The notes under the pieces: model-generated | Told to the model about the DNA's origin: nothing | Databases searched by the model: none | Seen by the model: the letters and a program-made list of their open reading frames with translations, nothing else | Part shown: piece after piece, positions 62,961 to 64,000 of the stretch | Numbering within the stretch: the first letter of the stretch is position 1 | How the letters are laid out: every line of letters begins with the position of its first letter | Made by a program: the position numbers and the translations under genes | NCBI GenBank assembly: GCA_001244265.2 | Contig: CDLV01000013.1 | Coordinates: 372,001-436,000, forward strand | DNA: 64,000 nucleotides | Direction of reading: 5' to 3' | Origin: Microbotryum violaceum | Taxonomy: Eukaryota

Positions 62961-64000
62961 TTTTGCAGCGTGCAACACCATCCCGGCAATGTTGAGACTC
63001 TGAAGGTACTCGATTGAGAACGGTGATTCGTCTTCGTTTTGGACCAAATCCGCGCTGTAGAACGTTTGCGCGTCACCCGGGAGCACGTCGAGCACCATGA
63101 CGTTGATCTAATCCACCTGCGAATTTTTGGGAGCGAGGAGCGAGAATTGCTCGATCTCGGAAGTATTCGACTTTTTCGCCTATTGACTTATTGTCCAGTT
63201 CGAGCGCGGGGACGAGATAAACGTGTCTGATTAACCCGGATCTGTTCTTCGTGGTCGCCGGCAGGAGAAGCTCACGCGGGAGCGCGATAGAGTCTTCTGT
63301 TTTGTTCACCGAGTCGTCTCCAACTCCTAAGAGCCAATCTGCAAAGCCCTGTGCCTTTGGCCGTTCCGTTTCGGTCATGCGGTCTGCAGCGGCCAGAAGA
63401 CGCATGTTTGACTGCACTCGCACCGTGCCGCTGTTAGTAGGGTCTAAAAGTCAGGCAAGGACTACTTACAGAGAGATGCAGCGCCTCAACTTTCCCCCAG
63501 AAGTCAGCATTCATGATGCAAGCGTCGACTATTTGGGCAGGCCATGACTTGGGAATAAAGGGAAGGCATTGCTTCGGATCCCCTGTGATGTTACAGTTCA
63601 ACCGGTCAGTTAGTCATGCTGCAGTGCGCTTTGCTTTTGAACGATTGGCACACACCTGCCAACACGACGGTCACTCCACCAAACCGAGCCGTTGACGATC
63701 GCATATCTTGCAACATCCTGTCCACCAGCTGGAAACATTTACGGTGCTGCATCGGCGCCTCGTCCCAGACGATCAAGTCGCACATCCGATAAAGCTCGGC
63801 GAGCTGTCCTTGTTTTGGAACATTGCACGTAAGTCGTCGAAGATTTCGATCGGGATCTTAAACCTTGAATGTGCCGTTCTGCATTCTGGAAGTAGCAGTG
63901 CAACAGTACCCGATGATGCAACGGCAAGAGCGTATTTTCCCTCTGACCGAATCCGAGCAAGGACCGTTTTTTCCAAGAACGTTTTGCCTGTCCCTCCGGG
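62961..64000 (-). mobile_element. Helitron PIF1-like helicase remnant, upstream part, frameshifted; continues beyond the window
   Basis: Walker [62 protein letters not shown]; several frame breaks. Confidence 0.9.

Overview
Intron-rich fungal (basidiomycete) DNA with short GT-AG introns; a Microbotryomycetes/Microbotryum-like origin is my inference from gene structure and protein style. Bases 1-54,000 are mostly housekeeping genes: PalI/SUR7 family, RPN5, SDA1, an RFC small subunit, pyruvate dehydrogenase E2, casein kinase I, mitoribosomal mL40, an RNI-like LRR protein, PTM1/GOST, an MFS transporter, glutamine synthetase, a TTC1-like TPR protein, CDC14, ISU1, EMC6, a Zap1/ZafA-like zinc-finger factor and INO80. 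This part also holds a DUF3445 pseudogene with a 1-kb terminal-inverted-repeat (TIR) element just upstream. The last 10 kb is accessory. It carries a predicted secreted, GPI-anchored protein with three CFEM-like domains and His-rich repeats, apparently frameshifted at an A8 tract. It also carries a degenerate Helitron helicase interrupted by a young Ty1/copia element with identical 118-bp LTRs. The copia ends are atypical: an intron-like duplicated leader, no recognisable tRNA primer-binding site, and a 17-nt extension beyond the 3' LTR. Splicing oddities include a 4-nt microexon in the CK1 P-loop, a 10-nt RFC microexon and an ATG apparently split by an intron in EMC6. All exon models were derived by eye and have not been checked against RNA data or databases.
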